Shown in pieces: positions 8,344 to 18,386 of a stretch of 26,752 bases of DNA; positions within the stretch are counted from its first letter, which is position 1, and each line of letters starts with the position of its first letter. The stretch is from the NCBI GenBank assembly GCA_963977445.1, contig CAXBPH010000080.1, forward strand, positions 1 to 26,752. Reading direction: 5' to 3'. This DNA comes from an uncultured bacterium (GTDB lineage Bacteria; Hydrogenedentota; Hydrogenedentia; Hydrogenedentales; JAEUWI01). The notes under the pieces were generated by a model, which worked only from the letters and a program-made list of their open reading frames with translations, was not told the origin of the DNA and searched no databases. A program made the translations under genes and the position numbers.

Positions 8344-9938
8344 GCTCAGGACGCGCTGGATATACAGGCTACATTTACGGGCTCGCAATCCCCCTGCTCC
8401 TGGCGTTATGTGTTGCCCCCGTAATCGCCGCATTCCTGCCCCTGATCTTATCCCCCGGGGAAAGCCTCCGTCTATCTGGCGAGTTACTCACGTCACCGCG
8501 CTTGTGGGGGCTTTGGACCCGGTCCTGCGGCATTGCACTCGGCACGGCACTCACGGCGACCGCGTTGGGCCTGGCGATTGGCACCTGTCTCAACGGCCCG
8601 GGCCTGAAACGACGACGGTGGCTATACGCGACCTTTGCCGTTCCGTTTTTGCTGCCACCCCACGTGTTGGCCGTAGCGTGGATTGATGTGTTGGGGCAGC
8701 AGGGACTCCTCGAATCCTGGGGAATCCCCACTTTTTCTCTGTACTCGACGACCGGCGTAATCTGGGTACAATGCCTCACCTGGTATCCCATACCCATGCT
8801 GCTTGTTGTTTACCGTCTCCAACAGATAGACCCCCACCTGTGGGAAAGTGCCCAAATTCTGAGTGAGCCCGGGCCCATATTTCGTCGCATTACCCTTCCC
8901 CTCCTCTACCCCGCCTTGTCCACCGGATTTCTGGCCGTCTTCATCTTTTCGTTGTTGAGCTTCTCGGTGCCCTCCCTCCTGCAGGTACCCGTATTCACCG
9001 TAGAAATCTACAGTAGCTTCAACAGCCTGCTGGACCAACGGCAGGCCGTCCTGCTTTCGGCGCCCATGTTGCTGACGGGAGGGTTCCTTGCCTGTATAGC
9101 CCTGCGCCGTGGCCATGCCCTCCTCCCTACACTGCCCCGGGGAAACCAGGGAATGGCAGCGGGTACCCACTACAACCGATGGTCAGCCTGTTTTCTAGCC
9201 CTGTTCTTTGGAATCGCTGTCGTCCTACCGACGCTGGCTATGTTGTACCGAATTGGCGCTCCCCATGTGCTCCTGAGTGCCTGGCGCACAGGCGCAGGCG
9301 AAATAGGCACCAGCGTGCTCCTTGGCGGGCTCGGCGCAACCCTGCTCCTGGTGCTGGTCCTACCCATGACACTTCTTGTACCGTCACGGCCCGCCCCGTT
9401 GCTCTGGACCTCCCTCCTTGCCTATCTCGTTTCGGGCCCTGTGTTTGGAATTGGCCTCATTCAGGTCTGGAACCACGCAGGACCAACCGGCTATCTCTAC
9501 GACCGGTTCCCCATACTCTTAATCGCCGTACTTGGGCGCTACGCCCTCTTTGCCTGGCTGGGATGTCACCTTGTTGCACCGTGGCTGCCCCCAGACACCC
9601 TTTCCGCCGCACGAAATCTCGGCTCGGGTAAGGTTCGCACCTTCCTGACCATCACGCTGCCCGCCCTCCGGAAGCCCCTTGCCGGCGTTTGGGCCTGCCT
9701 TTTTTTGCTTATTCTGGGCGAGTTGGAATGCATTGTGCTCGTCGCCCCCCCCGGCTGGGTGCCTGTATCCCTGCGCATCTTCACGCTAATGCACTACGGC
9801 CCCACCTCCATGGTTTCTGCCCTGGCCCTCCTGCAGACCATCGTTACGGCCCTGGTGCTCTATGGGCTGGCCGCATGCATCGGGCGGAACAAAGTTTACA
9901 CACCGGACAAAAGTCGGTATCATACCGTTGGACGGTAA
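8340..9938 (+). CDS. ABC transporter permease, Fe3+ (FbpB/AfuB-like), duplicated membrane domain
   Basis: 532 aa, highly hydrophobic. Two EAA-like loops (WESAQILS..IFRRITLPLLYP; SAARNLGSG..TFLTITLPALRK). GTGA overlap with the binding-protein stop. Confidence 0.85.
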   Translation: MSSGRAGYTGYIYGLAIPLLLALCVAPVIAAFLPLILSPGESLRLSGELLTSPRLWGLWTRSCGIALGTALTATALGLAIGTCLNGPGLKRRRWLYATFAVPFLLPPHVLAVAWIDVLGQQGLLESWGIPTFSLYSTTGVIWVQCLTWYPIPMLLVVYRLQQIDPHLWESAQILSEPGPIFRRITLPLLYPALSTGFLAVFIFSLLSFSVPSLLQVPVFTVEIYSSFNSLLDQRQAVLLSAPMLLTGGFLACIALRRGHALLPTLPRGNQGMAAGTHYNRWSACFLALFFGIAVVLPTLAMLYRIGAPHVLLSAWRTGAGEIGTSVLLGGLGATLLLVLVLPMTLLVPSRPAPLLWTSLLAYLVSGPVFGIGLIQVWNHAGPTGYLYDRFPILLIAVLGRYALFAWLGCHLVAPWLPPDTLSAARNLGSGKVRTFLTITLPALRKPLAGVWACLFLLILGELECIVLVAPPGWVPVSLRIFTLMHYGPTSMVSALALLQTIVTALVLYGLAACIGRNKVYTPDKSRYHTVGR

Positions 9939-10034
9939 CGGGCGTCACCCTCGCGCTTGTTCCAATGTACGGAAACAGGAGCATTCCGCTTTGACGAAAG
10001 AGGCCTATTCCTTGACTGCCGTGGAGCTCTACTT

Positions 10035-12674
10035 GTGAGCCAAGAGTTTAATCATGGCGGCGGGCACATTAATACCCCGGACCCGGAGCGGCCCTCAGCT
10101 CGACGGGCTCCCCGTCCACGTCTCGACACACCCGATCCGGTGCACGCCCCCGCCGCACCGACTTCCCCCGCACCGGAACCAGCCATCTGGCAGGTACGGC
10201 AGCGGGTCAATCCCTATTACATGGGACGGGAACGACTCCTCCAGCAGCTTCACGACGACCTGCAACGCCACCCGATCTGTCATCTTCACGGTGTTTCGGG
10301 TTCAGGCACGAGCCAAACCGCACTGGCCTACGCCTACCGCGCACGGGGTGGCTTCAACGCCGTATTCTGGCTGGATGGCAAGGATGCTCTGCTTTTTCGA
10401 TTTGGACTGGCACGCCATTCCGACGATCTGGACCTTACAAATCAGGGAGAGTTGGGCCAGCAGGCCCGGGTCGCTGCGCTTCTGGAATGGATGGCAACCC
10501 ACGACCGGTGGCTTTTGATCGCGGATGGCGTAGTGAACACCCATGTCCTGGATTTCCTTCTGCCCCATTGCCACCGTGGTCGGATACTCCTGACCGGGCA
10601 TGTCCCCCTCGATCATTCTTCCATTCATGTGGTGGAACAGCCCCCCCTTGAAGCACCGGCCGCATCTCGTTTTCTGGAGCATCGAAGCTCACAACCGGGT
10701 GCACCAGGACTTGACGACCTCGTCGAACGCTTCGCAGGAATAACACTCCCCCTCTACCTCGCCGGAGCTTTTTGTCACACGACAAGCGTGCCCCTGGAAA
10801 CCTATGAGAAAAATCTGACCCTCGAACCAGAAAACAATGCACTCGCAAGCCAAGTCGGGGAGATACCCACTGTTCAGCTCGCGGTAGGGCAGTCACTCCG
10901 ATACCTCTCCGACACCTGTCCACCCGCCCTTGAACTGATGGCACTTTGCGCGTATCTCGATTCGGAAAGTATCCCCCTCGTCGCGCTCTTTGATGGTTCC
11001 CCCTTTCTGCCAAAACGGCTCAGTGCATGCGTCACCCAGCCGCAAGAGCTCGACCGCACCCTGTCGCTACTCTTCCATCTTGGTTTGCTCCAATTTGAGC
11101 AAAACTCCATTTCAGTCCATTACCAGATACAGGAGGCAACACGCCGTCTCCTGGGAGATGCTCAGGGAGCGGCATGGTTAATGACGGCCCTGCGGGTTGT
11201 GCTGGAAGCCTTCCCAATCGAATCGGAATATACCCAACCTATCCCGGCGTGTTCGCTGCTGGTCCCCCATGCCCTCGCAGTCACGCGCCTGAGTGAAAAA
11301 TCCGATAGGCTACGGGAAAACACGGGTGCCCTCCTCAACCATGTGGGGCTCTATCTACATGCCTGTGAAGAGTTGGAGGACGCAGAGTCCTGCTTTCGTC
11401 GGGCCATCGCCGTAGCGGAGGCTCTCTATGGAAGCTCCGCCCACCCGACGGTTGCCGCGCGGCTGAACAGTCTGGGCGTCGTACTTCAGGATCAAAAACG
11501 ATATGAAGAGGCCCGGGATTGTTATCAGAAAGCTTTCGATCTTTGCGAAGCGATTTACGGCCCCAGTCGGGATGCGGCCATGGGTCCGGCGCACCGAAGC
11601 ATGTTGACTATGCCCAGCCGTAATCTCTGCCAGGTGTTGAGGGTAATGGGCGACACCGCTGCTGCCAAAGCCGCCTACAAGGACGCCATAGATACCTTCA
11701 TGGAAGTCTATTGCTGGAACCATTCACTGGTTGCAAAAAGCATGAGTGAATTGGGGGAACTCTGGCATCTCGATGGGGACCTCGTACGTGCACAGCAGTG
11801 TTTTCTGAAAGCGATACAGGCCGAAGAAAACGCCGAAGAACAGGAGACGGGGGCCGTCGCCCACTATACCCGCAACCTCGCCCATTGTCTGCTGGAATCT
11901 GAAAACTTCGAAGAAGCGCGAAAATTCTATGAGCATGCCCTCTATTGTGACCGGGAAGACTTTGGCCCAGTGCACGAACGGGTCGCTTCAGACCTCCAAG
12001 GCCTGGCGAAAGCCCACCGTGCCCGATCACGTTTTGATATGGCCCACGCCTGTCTCGATGAAGTTCTTACAATTCGGGATTCCTTAGCCGAGGGCGCCAG
12101 CGCCGCCAAGGCGCTGGTGTGGCGACAAAAAGGCCGGTGCTATCTCGATGCCCACGACTACGACGACGCGGTACGCTGTTTTGAACAGGCCATCACAATC
12201 CGGGAAGAAGCAACGGGCCCGTCAAGCGCGGGGCTTGGACCGGACTTCATTTATCTGGGCCGTGGGCTGGGTCGAATGGAGATGCGCGAGGAAGAAAGTG
12301 AGGCCCTGCTCAATGCATTGGCCCTCCATGACGCCGAGCCCTGGCTGGACGAAGATGAGCTATCCGCGTTGCTGGGTCGGCTGGTGCGGACGTTTCGTGA
12401 ACAAAAATCCTTCGCCCGGGCCGCCGAGTATCAAAAGCAGGTCCTCGATAACCATCAGGTCCAATTGGGTAATGAAGATACCCGGGTGGCGGCCGATGCC
12501 TACGGCCTCGGAAATCTCTATGTGGGCACCGGCGACCTGGAGGAGGCCGATACGTACCTGCAAATGGCTTTCGATATTTATCTGAAAACCAGGGGACCGG
12601 AAGACGAACGCACGCTTCGTGTTAGTAAGAAATTAGATACGGTCCGGAGCTTGTCGGCGCAGCGCATTACCTGA
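10035..12674 (+). CDS. NB-ARC/STAND-like domain with degenerate P-loop plus multiple TPRs (kinesin-light-chain type)
   Basis: W.V..R.NPYYMGRE..L..L, LHGVSGSGTSQTALAYAYR, VFWLDG, WLLIADG, LCAYLDSESIP, then TPRs such as HPTVAARLNSLG..L.DQ.RYEEA..CYQKA. GTG start at 10035 behind GGAG; the ORF is open from 9957. Confidence 0.8.
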   Translation: MSQEFNHGGGHINTPDPERPSARRAPRPRLDTPDPVHAPAAPTSPAPEPAIWQVRQRVNPYYMGRERLLQQLHDDLQRHPICHLHGVSGSGTSQTALAYAYRARGGFNAVFWLDGKDALLFRFGLARHSDDLDLTNQGELGQQARVAALLEWMATHDRWLLIADGVVNTHVLDFLLPHCHRGRILLTGHVPLDHSSIHVVEQPPLEAPAASRFLEHRSSQPGAPGLDDLVERFAGITLPLYLAGAFCHTTSVPLETYEKNLTLEPENNALASQVGEIPTVQLAVGQSLRYLSDTCPPALELMALCAYLDSESIPLVALFDGSPFLPKRLSACVTQPQELDRTLSLLFHLGLLQFEQNSISVHYQIQEATRRLLGDAQGAAWLMTALRVVLEAFPIESEYTQPIPACSLLVPHALAVTRLSEKSDRLRENTGALLNHVGLYLHACEELEDAESCFRRAIAVAEALYGSSAHPTVAARLNSLGVVLQDQKRYEEARDCYQKAFDLCEAIYGPSRDAAMGPAHRSMLTMPSRNLCQVLRVMGDTAAAKAAYKDAIDTFMEVYCWNHSLVAKSMSELGELWHLDGDLVRAQQCFLKAIQAEENAEEQETGAVAHYTRNLAHCLLESENFEEARKFYEHALYCDREDFGPVHERVASDLQGLAKAHRARSRFDMAHACLDEVLTIRDSLAEGASAAKALVWRQKGRCYLDAHDYDDAVRCFEQAITIREEATGPSSAGLGPDFIYLGRGLGRMEMREEESEALLNALALHDAEPWLDEDELSALLGRLVRTFREQKSFARAAEYQKQVLDNHQVQLGNEDTRVAADAYGLGNLYVGTGDLEEADTYLQMAFDIYLKTRGPEDERTLRVSKKLDTVRSLSAQRIT

Positions 12675-12723
12675 ATACGGGCGGACACATTGGTCTTTCA
12701 GCACATCTGCTCCCGACGAATCG

Positions 12724-15159
12724 TCAGTCATCGAAGGTGGAGATGTCCCGCTGCCCCATGAAATCCTGACAGATCATGAAGGGCGCTATGGGCGGCACGT
12801 CATCAAGATAGAGCTGCCAACAGCGCAAGACACCCTGCTGATCACCGGTCATGCAATAGCGACCGTTCTGGCTGAGCGAAAACGGCGATCCACCACGCAA
12901 ACTACGAATACATTGACCTGTTTTCAGGTTCCAGATCTTCATGGTTCCCGTGGCAGAGGCGGAAACAACGAATCTATTGGACACATCAATACTTGCCGAC
13001 ACGACGGGGGTGTGGTGTCCCACAAGGGTGCGCATAATCTCCCCCCGCCCCACATTCCACACCCGAACCCGGGAACCACTGCTGGTCACCACATAGGGGC
13101 GGGTATGGCTGACACCCATCGCCTGTATGGGACCTTTGTTCTGCGAAAGACATTTCACGTTCTCGCCGGTCGTCAAGTCCCAAACACGCAACATGCCTGA
13201 CTCATGCCCCGTAAGGCAGTATTTACCGTTTTCACTCAGCACCACGTTAAGTACGGCAGAATCGCGACTGTCAATCACTTGGATGCACTTACCCGTAGCC
13301 AGATTCCAATAGCGTATCGTACCGTCCGCCCCGCCCGACACAAGCGTATTGTGACTCTCACCCAAATCAAAACTATGTACCGCACCCTCGTGGCCGGACA
13401 GTTTATGCTTGCACTGTCCATCCGCGGCGTTCCAAACACGAATAAATCCATCGGCCCCCGCCGAGAGGCAGCTTTTTTCGGAAGCGCGGATGGCAAGGGC
13501 GTGGACCGCACCGGTATGGCCAATCATGGTCTGCCAGACAGCACTCGAACTACGATCCCAAAGGCGAACTTTTCCCCCTTCACACCCCGAAAGCACCCAA
13601 CGGGCATCAAAGGAAGAATACACCGATGTCAACGGAGAGGAGTGTGCGCGGCTTTCCCAAATGGGTGACTTGTCTTTCGCTCTCCACTCCTGCGAAATTG
13701 CCATTCCGAAGGCAACCTCTCGGTTGCGACGGAGTTCCTTGGGAAAGTCATTCAGGATCTTACAGGCCGTGGCCGCGTCACCCCGCTCTACCAGGACCCG
13801 GGACATCAAATACTTCGGCAACCAGTGTCCTTCATGAATTGCACAGAGTCGATAGAGTTTTGCCACGACCTCATTGTCAGAAATACGGCCGTGACGCCAC
13901 TGGTGAAGTGCCAGATTGTACCGTGCTTCGATATGCGACGGATCGGCCACCCGAATATCCGACCAGAGTAACTCCGCCTCATTCAGCTGGCCCAACTCAG
14001 ACAGGGAAACCGCCCGGTTGTTCATCAAATCGTGTTGGCGCACCTGGATATCGGGCAAAGGGCGAATATAGGGCTGGCCCAACTCGCGCTCATGCACCGT
14101 CTCCAACAGGTGGGCCAGTTCGAGCATGCTCCCCGGCCGGTCTTCGGGGTTCTCTTCAAAACACTTGACCAGTACGGGAAGGAGTGACGGTGGCATGACC
14201 GGAATTACATCATAGCGGGCACCGTGACTCAACAAGGTCTCCATCACCGTCCGCGCCTCCAGGCCATCCTGCCAGAACACTTCGCCACTGAACATTTCAA
14301 TAATCGCGAGACCCAGACTCCAGATATCACTCTGGGCCGTTACCTCGTTCAACCGCTTATAGTCAGGTGAGGTGTAAACCGGCGTCCCCCCCAGGGGCCC
14401 CCACCGGACCAATTTACCTGAATTCTCACCACTCTCATTTTCAGCCACCCCAACCCGGGCCAGACCAAAATCAGTTACTTTTACATCGCCCGTGTTGGAT
14501 ACGAGCATATTTTTGGGCTTCACATCCTGGTGGACCACTCCGTTTTCGTGGGCATGGTGGAGACCACGGGCAACCTGAATGGCAATATCGATAATTCGGT
14601 GAACAATGGTCTCGGTCCCCCCTTCATAGAGGGTCTTCTCCTTGATGAGTCGCCCAAGATCCTGGCCTTCAACCAACTCCACAAACACCCGGGGAATATC
14701 GCCCAGACGCCGCACGCAGTAGCAGACTACCGTGTTGGGATGGGGCGGCAGATTGGTCCAGGTTTCACACTCGTGCTCAAAGGTGTCTACCCAGCCTTGC
14801 TCTTTGAGCAAACGCTTCTTGGGACTTTTCACGGCCACATCAATACCCCAGCCCCGATGGTGCACACGATGGACGACCCCCATGCCGCCCCGCCCGAGTT
14901 CCTCGCGGACATCGTAGACCTCCATCAGAAGATCGCCCTTGTTCCAGTTGAGAGGGATCGCATCGGCGTCAAAATGGTGCAGGACTTCACGGTCCGATGG
15001 ATGGACAGGTGGGGATACATTGTTAAAGGTAACGTAGATGGGGAACTCACAAATGGTACACCGACACATGCGACCAAAATGCCTGCTTCGCACCCGCATC
15101 TTATTGCCACATTTGCATGTGACACTATAGCGTTTAAATGTTGACTTCTTTGTAGCCAA
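12724..15159 (-). CDS. Hanks-type Ser/Thr protein kinase with N-terminal Zn ribbon, central TPR-like helices and C-terminal WD40 repeats
   Basis: CKCG..CRCTIC, LGRGGMGVV, VAVK, HQDVKPKN, VKVTDFGLA, SDIWSLG, and about seven WD40 repeats (GH..AV...SAGADG.IRVWN etc.). TTG start at 15159 behind AGGGG; the ORF is open from 15204. Confidence 0.9.
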   Translation of the reverse strand: MATKKSTFKRYSVTCKCGNKMRVRSRHFGRMCRCTICEFPIYVTFNNVSPPVHPSDREVLHHFDADAIPLNWNKGDLLMEVYDVREELGRGGMGVVHRVHHRGWGIDVAVKSPKKRLLKEQGWVDTFEHECETWTNLPPHPNTVVCYCVRRLGDIPRVFVELVEGQDLGRLIKEKTLYEGGTETIVHRIIDIAIQVARGLHHAHENGVVHQDVKPKNMLVSNTGDVKVTDFGLARVGVAENESGENSGKLVRWGPLGGTPVYTSPDYKRLNEVTAQSDIWSLGLAIIEMFSGEVFWQDGLEARTVMETLLSHGARYDVIPVMPPSLLPVLVKCFEENPEDRPGSMLELAHLLETVHERELGQPYIRPLPDIQVRQHDLMNNRAVSLSELGQLNEAELLWSDIRVADPSHIEARYNLALHQWRHGRISDNEVVAKLYRLCAIHEGHWLPKYLMSRVLVERGDAATACKILNDFPKELRRNREVAFGMAISQEWRAKDKSPIWESRAHSSPLTSVYSSFDARWVLSGCEGGKVRLWDRSSSAVWQTMIGHTGAVHALAIRASEKSCLSAGADGFIRVWNAADGQCKHKLSGHEGAVHSFDLGESHNTLVSGGADGTIRYWNLATGKCIQVIDSRDSAVLNVVLSENGKYCLTGHESGMLRVWDLTTGENVKCLSQNKGPIQAMGVSHTRPYVVTSSGSRVRVWNVGRGEIMRTLVGHHTPVVSASIDVSNRFVVSASATGTMKIWNLKTGQCIRSLRGGSPFSLSQNGRYCMTGDQQGVLRCWQLYLDDVPPIAPFMICQDFMGQRDISTFDD

Positions 15160-15273
15160 ACCAACGCCCCTACATTTGTTCTCAGGCGACTGACACGCCT
15201 TCAATGGGCCACTTGCCAGGCAGCCGAAATCCCGAAGGACCCAAACTGCTACAACAAGCCCCTCCCTCCATGT

Positions 15274-16491
15274 CTAGTTTAACACCTTTTCCTCATTTTT
15301 CACCACACTTGTTTTTGCGATGAGCACGTAGGTCAACATTCGGTTAGCGCACAACAAGAAAAGCGCTATACGGACGCCCACTTCGTCGAGATACCCCGAC
15401 AAAACCAGTAGAATAACCATCATAACTACCCGACCGAGGGCAAGGGGAACTTCGCTCGCACACATATACTCGATGCGCTGTGCCGGATCTTCTGCGCTTT
15501 GATCGATTACGTCAAGACGAATACTGGAGTAGGGCACCATAAACAGGGGCAAGGCCACCGACCGAATAAATCCGAATAGAACCAGGGTCGTGACGCTAAT
15601 CTCCCACGCAATCACGCACCCGGCCGCCACCAGCAGGAGCGAGGCAATCAACATAGCCGGTCGCCGGGTTCTTCGTGTTACAAAACGACCAACCAGATAG
15701 GACACCGCAATACCGGCCAGAAATTGGAAAGAGGTGAATATCCCGACGATCGCTGCGCTGCCCGTCTTCATATACATGGCCAGGCCGAGCAGGAAGTAAA
15801 AAATGTGAAACGAGCCGGCCTGGGTTGCAGAAGCGGCCATCACCAGCCGCCAATCTCGCTGGTCTTTCCCAGGAAACAATGCACGGGCGAGTCGAAAAGG
15901 CCTGCAGGTTCCGTCGGGAGTAATCCACAGGCTCGCGATCACACTGACGCCGTACAACACAACGGCCAACGCGAAAAGAAACATATACCCCTGATCGCCC
16001 TCGGGAACAAGGAGCAGGAGGGCTGCACTCAGAAAGGGGGCGCTGAATCGGGCCGCACCCACGAGCGCATTGAGCCATCCGAAGAAATAGTCGCGGTTAC
16101 CCGCTTCAACGGCATCGTAATTGAAGGTATTGTTGCCCGCCCAGAACAGCCCCCAGGCGACGCCAAGGACCACACCCAGACCGACCACATGCTCCGTCGC
16201 CGAGGGGCCGAGCCACAGCAGCAGCCCGTAATAGGCACCATGGCAAATCACGCCCAGTCGAAACACATGAAGACGGTCGAATCGTTGGGAATACCAGCCT
16301 GCCAGGAGGTAAACGGCCGGGGTCACAACGTAAAGAGCGAGGTAGTGATAGCAGACAACGGAGAACTCGAGGCTGTGTTTCCATAAGTACACGCCCACGA
16401 ACACACCACAGAACCCGTCCGCCATGTTATATAAAATATTGAGGCCAAGAACCAGACGGGCCTGGAATGACAACCGACGAACATCGTTCAC
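15274..16491 (-). CDS. MFS transporter
   Basis: About 12 hydrophobic helices with MFS loop motifs AGWYSQRFDRL and VGRFVTRRTRR. The start is uncertain: GTG 16491 chosen, ORF open from 16566. Confidence 0.8.
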   Translation of the reverse strand: MNDVRRLSFQARLVLGLNILYNMADGFCGVFVGVYLWKHSLEFSVVCYHYLALYVVTPAVYLLAGWYSQRFDRLHVFRLGVICHGAYYGLLLWLGPSATEHVVGLGVVLGVAWGLFWAGNNTFNYDAVEAGNRDYFFGWLNALVGAARFSAPFLSAALLLLVPEGDQGYMFLFALAVVLYGVSVIASLWITPDGTCRPFRLARALFPGKDQRDWRLVMAASATQAGSFHIFYFLLGLAMYMKTGSAAIVGIFTSFQFLAGIAVSYLVGRFVTRRTRRPAMLIASLLLVAAGCVIAWEISVTTLVLFGFIRSVALPLFMVPYSSIRLDVIDQSAEDPAQRIEYMCASEVPLALGRVVMMVILLVLSGYLDEVGVRIALFLLCANRMLTYVLIAKTSVVKNEEKVLN

Positions 16492-16711
16492 ATCGAAAAA
16501 CTCTATGGAGAAAGAAAGAGACGGGACGTCGGACGCGCTTGAAATCCGACGAAAAATCCGCAACAATAGCTGTGAGTATAGGATGGTCGTGTTGCTGGCG
16601 CAACCTGGCTTGGTATTGGTTTACCATCCGCTGCGGGCTCCTCCACCAAACGGAAGACGCCCGTCGTTATTAATAATCCAATTCCTCAACCGTAGTTAAC
16701 GGAGATTCAAG

Positions 16712-18004
16712 ATGACACTCTCAAGAAGAACCTTCCTCGGCACCACCGCTGCGGCCGTGGTTGCCGCTGGCACCATGGTGAAAGGCAAAGTCGAAGGGGC
16801 CAACGAAAAGATCAACATGCTCGTCATGGGCGTTAACGGCCGCGGCAACGAACACATCAAAAATTGGATCGATTCACCCGATGCCAACATGTATGCCTTC
16901 TGCGATGCCGATACGCGTATTTTGAATTCCAAGGCCGATGGCTACGAAAAGAAGTACGACATCAAGATCAAGCGTTTCACCGACATTCGTGAGGCCCTGC
17001 TCGATCCCAATATCGACGCCGTCTCCATCGCGACGCCCAACCATTGGCATACACTGGCCGCTGTTTGGGCCGTGCAGGCGGGCAAAGATGTCTACGTGGA
17101 AAAGCCGGCCTCCCACGAAATCTGGGAAAGCCAGCAGCTGGCCGCCCTGGCCGCAACGAGCGATCGAATTATCCAGCACGGAACCCAGAGTCGCTCCAAG
17201 ACATCCTGGCTCCGTGATATTCCCCTCCTCCATTCCGGCGAGATCATTGGCAACATTCACACGGCCCGTGCGCTGGGCTATAAGAACGGCAATCGCGGCT
17301 CCCTGGGTCATGAACCCAATGGCGAAGCGCCCAACGGCCTGGACTGGCGTCTCTGGCAGGGCCCTGCGACGGAACAGTCCTACAACAAGCTTTATCATCC
17401 CTATAGCTGGCATTGGTTCTGGCACTACGGTAACGGCGAAATCGGCAACCAGGGCGTTCACCAGATGGACGTCGCCGCCTGGGGCATGAACAAGGGTATT
17501 CCTTCCAAGGTCTATAGCGCGGGCGGCCGGTATACTTATGACGATCAGGGTGAAACGCCCAACACCAATATCGCGACCTTCACGTACGATGACGGCACCA
17601 TGCTCGTCTTTGAAGTGCGTAATCGTTTCACCAACGACGAAGCGGGCGTGCGCGTGGGCAACCTCTTCTATGGTGAAGAGGGATACTACGTGGAAAACCA
17701 AGGCTTTTTCGACACCAAAGACAAGCCCATCGAGCTTGACCCGAAGAAGTATCCGACTCCGGAAGCGCCCAGTCACTTCCAGAATTTCCTCAATGCCGTG
17801 AAGTCCCGTGACAAAAGCATGATCAAAGGCAACATGGCCGACGCCCATACCAGCTGCACGTGCTGCCACCTGGCAAACACCTCCTATCGACTTGGACGTT
17901 CGCTCAATTTCGACCCCAAGGCGCTGAAATATACCGACGACGATGCAAATGCCTTCCTCAAGCGGGACTACCATCCCGACTTCGTGGTACCCACCATCGC
18001 CTGA
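16712..18004 (+). CDS. Tat-exported Gfo/Idh/MocA family oxidoreductase
   Basis: SRRTFLG twin-arginine signal, GVNGRG Rossmann motif, ATPNHWH, GKDVYVEKP, GEIGNQGVHQMD. RBS GGAG. Confidence 0.93.
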   Translation: MTLSRRTFLGTTAAAVVAAGTMVKGKVEGANEKINMLVMGVNGRGNEHIKNWIDSPDANMYAFCDADTRILNSKADGYEKKYDIKIKRFTDIREALLDPNIDAVSIATPNHWHTLAAVWAVQAGKDVYVEKPASHEIWESQQLAALAATSDRIIQHGTQSRSKTSWLRDIPLLHSGEIIGNIHTARALGYKNGNRGSLGHEPNGEAPNGLDWRLWQGPATEQSYNKLYHPYSWHWFWHYGNGEIGNQGVHQMDVAAWGMNKGIPSKVYSAGGRYTYDDQGETPNTNIATFTYDDGTMLVFEVRNRFTNDEAGVRVGNLFYGEEGYYVENQGFFDTKDKPIELDPKKYPTPEAPSHFQNFLNAVKSRDKSMIKGNMADAHTSCTCCHLANTSYRLGRSLNFDPKALKYTDDDANAFLKRDYHPDFVVPTIA

Positions 18005-18029
18005 TAAGTCCGATCAAGAAACGTTCCAG

Positions 18030-18057
18030 ACCGCAGCCTTCGGGCTGCGGTTTTTTT
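18030..18057 (+). terminator. Rho-independent terminator
   Basis: ACCGCAGCC-TTCG-GGCTGCGGT followed by a T-run (cUUCGg tetraloop). Confidence 0.9.
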
Positions 18058-18214
18058 CTTGGTTGGAGGTGAACTCTATTGTGAACTACGGAATCGCCGT
18101 GTTGGAACTAAACGCTTCCGTCAGCTTATTCTGACCGACAAAATAAGCGTCTACGAAGAGGCAATCGGCCCCCCCTTTCCGTTAGGATGCCTTTGGAGCA
18201 GACACAACGGGCTG

Positions 18215-18223
18215 TGATATACT
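18215..18223 (+). promoter_or_regulatory. Candidate extended -10 promoter for 18387..20348
   Basis: TG-A-TATACT, about 160 nt upstream of the start codon. No good -35 hexamer. Confidence 0.35.
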
Positions 18224-18386
18224 TTTCGCGGTATCGCGATGGTCGTGGTGTGTCCACCGCGTACCATCCTCCGCACACCTTAGGCGCTGATAGCCATCTG
18301 TATATTTGGCGGGACCGTTGGGCCCCGATTCAGTCAGAAGGCGGGGCGGTGGACTCCTTTGCGCCACACAAGACAGGTAATCCTTG

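Noticed and set aside
16874..17974. 366-aa minus-strand ORF
   Set aside because: Antisense shadow of the well-supported Gfo/Idh/MocA gene, with no recognisable motifs.
18235..18300. Fluoride (crcB) riboswitch-like words GCGATGG ... GCTGATAGCCATC
   Set aside because: The P1 loop length and pseudoknot register do not fit, and the downstream gene is not a typical fluoride gene. It is a simple hairpin (GATGGT/ACCATC).
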